37,049 nt of DNA from Naegleria gruberi. Lineage: Eukaryota. Position 1 is the stretch's first letter, and every line of letters begins with the position of its first letter. The stretch lies in the NCBI GenBank assembly GCA_000004985.1, contig GG739043.1; one strand, 5' to 3'. The notes beneath the pieces are model-generated. The model had not been told where the DNA came from. It saw only the letters and a program-made list of their open reading frames with translations, and did not search any database. Positions 32,301 through 37,049 of this stretch are shown here, in pieces. The translations under genes were made by a program, and so were the position numbers.

Positions 32301-35300
32301 NNNNNNNNNNNNNNNNNNNNNNNNNNNNNNNNNNNNNNNNNNNNNNNNNNNNNNNNNNNNNNNNNNNNNNNNNNNNNNNNNNNNNNNNNNNNNNNNNNNN
32401 NNNNNNNNNNNNNNNNNNNNNNNNNNNNNNNNNNNNNNNNNNNNNNNNNNNNNNNNNNNNNNNNNNNNNNNNNNNNNNNNNNNNNNNNNNNNNNNNNNNN
32501 NNNNNNNNNNNNNNNNNNNNNNNNNNNNNNNNNNNNNNNNNNNNNNNNNNNNNNNNNNNNNNNNNNNNNNNNNNNNNNNNNNNNNNNNNNNNNNNNNNNN
32601 NNNNNNNNNNNNNNNNNNNNNNNNNNNNNNNNNNNNNNNNNNNNNNNNNNNNNNNNNNNNNNNNNNNNNNNNNNNNNNNNNNNNNNNNNNNNNNNNNNNN
32701 NNNNNNNNNNNNNNNNNNNNNNNNNNNNNNNNNNNNNNNNNNNNNNNNNNNNNNNNNNNNNNNNNNNNNNNNNNNNNNNNNNNNNNNNNNNNNNNNNNNN
32801 NNNNNNNNNNNNNNNNNNNNNNNNNNNNNNNNNNNNNNNNNNNNNNNNNNNNNNNNNNNNNNNNNNNNNNNNNNNNNNNNNNNNNNNNNNNNNNNNNNNN
32901 NNNNNNNNNNNNNNNNNNNNNNNNNNNNNNNNNNNNNNNNNNNNNNNNNNNNNNNNNNNNNNNNNNNNNNNNNNNNNNNNNNNNNNNNNNNNNNNNNNNN
33001 NNNNNNNNNNNNNNNNNNNNNNNNNNNNNNNNNNNNNNNNNNNNNNNNNNNNNNNNNNNNNNNNNNNNNNNNNNNNNNNNNNNNNNNNNNNNNNNNNNNN
33101 NNNNNNNNNNNNNNNNNNNNNNNNNNNNNNNNNNNNNNNNNNNNNNNNNNNNNNNNNNNNNNNNNNNNNNNNNNNNNNNNNNNNNNNNNNNNNNNNNNNN
33201 NNNNNNNNNNNNNNNNNNNNNNNNNNNNNNNNNNNNNNNNNNNNNNNNNNNNNNNNNNNNNNNNNNNNNNNNNNNNNNNNNNNNNNNNNNNNNNNNNNNN
33301 NNNNNNNNNNNNNNNNNNNNNNNNNNNNNNNNNNNNNNNNNNNNNNNNNNNNNNNNNNNNNNNNNNNNNNNNNNNNNNNNNNNNNNNNNNNNNNNNNNNN
33401 NNNNNNNNNNNNNNNNNNNNNNNNNNNNNNNNNNNNNNNNNNNNNNNNNNNNNNNNNNNNNNNNNNNNNNNNNNNNNNNNNNNNNNNNNNNNNNNNNNNN
33501 NNNNNNNNNNNNNNNNNNNNNNNNNNNNNNNNNNNNNNNNNNNNNNNNNNNNNNNNNNNNNNNNNNNNNNNNNNNNNNNNNNNNNNNNNNNNNNNNNNNN
33601 NNNNNNNNNNNNNNNNNNNNNNNNNNNNNNNNNNNNNNNNNNNNNNNNNNNNNNNNNNNNNNNNNNNNNNNNNNNNNNNNNNNNNNNNNNNNNNNNNNNN
33701 NNNNNNNNNNNNNNNNNNNNNNNNNNNNNNNNNNNNNNNNNNNNNNNNNNNNNNNNNNNNNNNNNNNNNNNNNNNNNNNNNNNNNNNNNNNNNNNNNNNN
33801 NNNNNNNNNNNNNNNNNNNNNNNNNNNNNNNNNNNNNNNNNNNNNNNNNNNNNNNNNNNNNNNNNNNNNNNNNNNNNNNNNNNNNNNNNNNNNNNNNNNN
33901 NNNNNNNNNNNNNNNNNNNNNNNNNNNNNNNNNNNNNNNNNNNNNNNNNNNNNNNNNNNNNNNNNNNNNNNNNNNNNNNNNNNNNNNNNNNNNNNNNNNN
34001 NNNNNNNNNNNNNNNNNNNNNNNNNNNNNNNNNNNNNNNNNNNNNNNNNNNNNNNNNNNNNNNNNNNNNNNNNNNNNNNNNNNNNNNNNNNNNNNNNNNN
34101 NNNNNNNNNNNNNNNNNNNNNNNNNNNNNNNNNNNNNNNNNNNNNNNNNNNNNNNNNNNNNNNNNNNNNNNNNNNNNNNNNNNNNNNNNNNNNNNNNNNN
34201 NNNNNNNNNNNNNNNNNNNNNNNNNNNNNNNNNNNNNNNNNNNNNNNNNNNNNNNNNNNNNNNNNNNNNNNNNNNNNNNNNNNNNNNNNNNNNNNNNNNN
34301 NNNNNNNNNNNNNNNNNNNNNNNNNNNNNNNNNNNNNNNNNNNNNNNNNNNNNNNNNNNNNNNNNNNNNNNNNNNNNNNNNNNNNNNNNNNNNNNNNNNN
34401 NNNNNNNNNNNNNNNNNNNNNNNNNNNNNNNNNNNNNNNNNNNNNNNNNNNNNNNNNNNNNNNNNNNNNNNNNNNNNNNNNNNNNNNNNNNNNNNNNNNN
34501 NNNNNNNNNNNNNNNNNNNNNNNNNNNNNNNNNNNNNNNNNNNNNNNNNNNNNNNNNNNNNNNNNNNNNNNNNNNNNNNNNNNNNNNNNNNNNNNNNNNN
34601 NNNNNNNNNNNNNNNNNNNNNNNNNNNNNNNNNNNNNNNNNNNNNNNNNNNNNNNNNNNNNNNNNNNNNNNNNNNNNNNNNNNNNNNNNNNNNNNNNNNN
34701 NNNNNNNNNNNNNNNNNNNNNNNNNNNNNNNNNNNNNNNNNNNNNNNNNNNNNNNNNNNNNNNNNNNNNNNNNNNNNNNNNNNNNNNNNNNNNNNNNNNN
34801 NNNNNNNNNNNNNNNNNNNNNNNNNNNNNNNNNNNNNNNNNNNNNNNNNNNNNNNNNNNNNNNNNNNNNNNNNNNNNNNNNNNNNNNNNNNNNNNNNNNN
34901 NNNNNNNNNNNNNNNNNNNNNNNNNNNNNNNNNNNNNNNNNNNNNNNNNNNNNNNNNNNNNNNNNNNNNNNNNNNNNNNNNNNNNNNNNNNNNNNNNNNN
35001 NNNNNNNNNNNNNNNNNNNNNNNNNNNNNNNNNNNNNNNNNNNNNNNNNNNNNNNNNNNNNNNNNNNNNNNNNNNNNNNNNNNNNNNNNNNNNNNNNNNN
35101 NNNNNNNNNNNNNNNNNNNNNNNNNNNNNNNNNNNNNNNNNNNNNNNNNNNNNNNNNNNNNNNNNNNNNNNNNNNNNNNNNNNNNNNNNNNNNNNNNNNN
35201 NNNNNNNNNNNNNNNNNNNNNNNNNNNNNNNNNNNNNNNNNNNNNNNNNNNNNNNNNNNNNNNNNNNNNNNNNNNNNNNNNNNNNNNNNNNNNNNNNNNN

Positions 35301-36206
35301 NNNNNNNNNNNNNNNNNNNNNNNNNNNNNNNNNNNNNNNNNNNNNNNNNNNNNNNNNNNNNNNNNNNNNNNNNNNNNNNNNNNNNNNNNNNNNNNNNNNN
35401 NNNNNNNNNNNNNNNNNNNNNNNNNNNNNNNNNNNNNNNNNNNNNNNNNNNNNNNNNNNNNNNNNNNNNNNNNNNNNNNNNNNNNNNNNNNNNNNNNNNN
35501 NNNNNNNNNNNNNNNNNNNNNNNNNNNNNNNNNNNNNNNNNNNNNNNNNNNNNNNNNNNNNNNNNNNNNNNNNNNNNNNNNNNNNNNNNNNNNNNNNNNN
35601 NNNNNNNNNNNNNNNNNNNNNNNNNNNNNNNNNNNNNNNNNNNNNNNNNNNNNNNNNNNNNNNNNNNNNNNNNNNNNNNNNNNNNNNNNNNNNNNNNNNN
35701 NNNNNNNNNNNNNNNNNNNNNNNNNNNNNNNNNNNNNNNNNNNNNNNNNNNNNNNNNNNNNNNNNNNNNNNNNNNNNNNNNNNNNNNNNNNNNNNNNNNN
35801 NNNNNNNNNNNNNNNNNNNNNNNNNNNNNNNNNNNNNNNNNNNNNNNNNNNNNNNNNNNNNNNNNNNNNNNNNNNNNNNNNNNNNNNNNNNNNNNNNNNN
35901 NNNNNNNNNNNNNNNNNNNNNNNNNNNNNNNNNNNNNNNNNNNNNNNNNNNNNNNNNNNNNNNNNNNNNNNNNNNNNNNNNNNNNNNNNNNNNNNNNNNN
36001 NNNNNNNNNNNNNNNNNNNNNNNNNNNNNNNNNNNNNNNNNNNNNNNNNNNNNNNNNNNNNNNNNNNNNNNNNNNNNNNNNNNNNNNNNNNNNNNNNNNN
36101 NNNNNNNNNNNNNNNNNNNNNNNNNNNNNNNNNNNNNNNNNNNNNNNNNNNNNNNNNNNNNNNNNNNNNNNNNNNNNNNNNNNNNNNNNNNNNNNNNNNN
36201 NNNNNN
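8347..36206. other. Unresolved or masked sequence (27860 N)
   Basis: Run of n. ORF-track entries 7804..36210(+), 8315..36289(-) and 8322..36389(-) consist almost entirely of X and are not real proteins. Confidence 1.
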
Positions 36207-36389
36207 GTGAAAAGCCTTGTTGACCAGTGTAATTCTCCTCCTGTCCATTCCTCTCGGAAGAAATTCAAACACATACTCGAGAATATCAATATTTAATTGA
36301 TCCATGTTCGTGTCCACAATTGTGGCAGTATTTTGCAATGATGATGATGTTGATGATGGCGATGATGATGAAGAAGAATTAAAGGACAT
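36207..36389 (-). CDS. N-terminal exon or segment of an F-box protein: Ser-rich N-terminus followed by an F-box motif (about 36207-36296). The gene continues into the N-run.
   Basis: The reverse complement of 36207-36389 translates as MSFNSSSSSSPSSTSSSLQNTATIVDTNMDQLNIDILEYVFEFLPRGMDRRRITLVNKAFH, with ATG at 36387-36389. LNIDILEYVFEFLP....ITLVNKAF fits the F-box consensus (LPxEILxxIFxxL.......VCKxW). It is the real 61 residues of track ORF 8322..36389. The overlapping track ORF 8315..36289 is in another frame and has no protein-like features. Confidence 0.7.
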
Positions 36390-36796
36390 TGAAAGGGATG
36401 ATATTGTTGTGTATTTTGTTTTGTTGAGTTTTGATTCAATTGTTAGCGTAAAGGAAGAAATTTGAATTCAACTTGGAGATTGAAGGCATTCTACTTTCCA
36501 TGCTGGAGCGAAAGATAATTTTCTCTGAGAGAAAAAGCAGAGTCTTGAGAAAATATTTCTCTCATCATCATGAAAGAAGGTTTTCTTTGGGATTGATTTA
36601 TGAATTTTATATTTTTTATTTATGAATTTTATATTTGAAATAAAAGACTAACGGCAGGTTTAAGCGCGCAAAACGATTACACCTCCCAATCAACAACAAT
36701 TAAGTTTAATTGTAAACAAGAAGATAATCATGTAATTTCTGCATCTCTGAACAAAACAAAAAAGACTTGAACAGCCATCATCATTATCAAATAATA
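36390..36796. promoter_or_regulatory. Putative bidirectional promoter or intergenic region, about 400 bp, between the divergent F-box gene (-) and the membrane-protein gene (+)
   Basis: Two start codons face away from each other, at 36389 (-) and 36797 (+). The region is AT-rich and has no ORF. It contains a short direct repeat at 36597-36636 and an isolated GC-rich patch (ggcaggtttaagcgcgcaaaacg, about 36654-36676). Confidence 0.4.
36597..36636. repeat. Direct repeat tttatgaattttatattt x2 (copies at 36597-36614 and 36619-36636, period 22 bp)
   Basis: Exact 18-nt duplication read directly from the sequence. It lies in the shared upstream region of the two divergent genes. Confidence 0.8.
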
Positions 36797-37049
36797 ATGG
36801 CGGAGCACATTAACTTTTATCGAGATGAATTCGGAAGAAATTTTGTCAATATAACTTCTTTAGATCATTTTGCTCCGATTGGAGTGAGTGGTATTTCCAT
36901 TGGAATTGAATTTGGTTTTCTGGCAAGTTTCATTGCTTGTTGTGTAGCATTGGTTTCTCTCTTGAATCATTTAAAAAAGATTCAATTGCCAACGAATGCC
37001 AAGAAATTCTTCATTCTGGTTTCGGTATTTATGGGCATTCAGATGGTAA
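36797..37049 (+). CDS. N-terminal part of a membrane protein: short N-terminus with an NIT sequon, then two predicted TM segments. The ORF runs off the window end.
   Basis: ATG at 36797 sits in an A-rich context (aataataATGgcg). Frame 2 is open to the window end (84 codons). The translation is MAEHINFYRDEFGRNFVNITSLDHFAPIGVSGISIGIEFGFLASFIACCVALVSLLNHLKKIQLPTNAKKFFILVSVFMGIQMV. Two hydrophobic stretches are separated by a short basic loop, a topology compatible with a 7TM receptor-like N-terminus, but the family cannot be assigned. It is absent from the ORF track only because no stop lies within the window. Confidence 0.55.
   Translation, partial: MAEHINFYRDEFGRNFVNITSLDHFAPIGVSGISIGIEFGFLASFIACCVALVSLLNHLKKIQLPTNAKKFFILVSVFMGIQMV

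Noticed and set aside
7804-36210. ORF-track protein of 9468 residues on the plus strand
   Set aside because: Only the first 181 residues (7804-8346) are real, and they are an internal part of the ankyrin-repeat gene whose frame continues upstream to 7711. The rest is N translated as X.
8315-36289. ORF-track protein of 9324 residues on the minus strand (MIFSSMCLNFFREEWTGGELHWSTRLF...)
   Set aside because: Only 27 residues are real. They lie in a different frame from, and overlap, the convincing F-box ORF, and they have no protein-like features. The rest is X.

Overview
Only about 5.2 kb of this 37 kb window is readable. Positions 3009-7030 and 8347-36206 are runs of N, about 86% of the window. 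All the very long ORFs in the supplied track are artefacts of translating N as X. The readable parts look like an AT-rich, intron-containing eukaryote, most likely a dictyostelid-like amoebozoan. Coding regions favour GGT, TCA, GAA and AAT codons and are rich in Ser/Asn low-complexity stretches. Introns start GTAAGT, end ATTAG, and are about 90% AT. Supported content, in order: (1) the 3' end of a plus-strand gene for a type I membrane protein with a tenascin-type EGF domain and one TM helix, stop at 691-693; (2) a 118-nt 5S rRNA gene on the minus strand at 2018-2135, followed by a T5 Pol III terminator, found by reading the reverse complement; (3) a plus-strand gene starting at 2315 that encodes an S/N-rich, predicted coiled-coil protein and runs into the first gap; (4) between the two gaps, the visible part of a plus-strand gene with two near-identical ankyrin-repeat exons followed by an E/R/K-rich helical segment and an Asn-rich region. 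These exons are embedded in a striking tandem array of about 43-46-nt intron-like units, each carrying its own GTAAGT donor and ATTAG acceptor, separated by exactly 3-nt spacers; (5) after the big gap, a minus-strand F-box protein gene (N-terminus, start at 36389) and a divergently oriented plus-strand gene (start 36797, runs off the window) encoding a membrane protein N-terminus. Whether a novel system lies in the window cannot be assessed, because almost all of it is masked. The most unusual visible structure is the intron-unit satellite with in-frame 3-nt spacers around the duplicated ANK exons.
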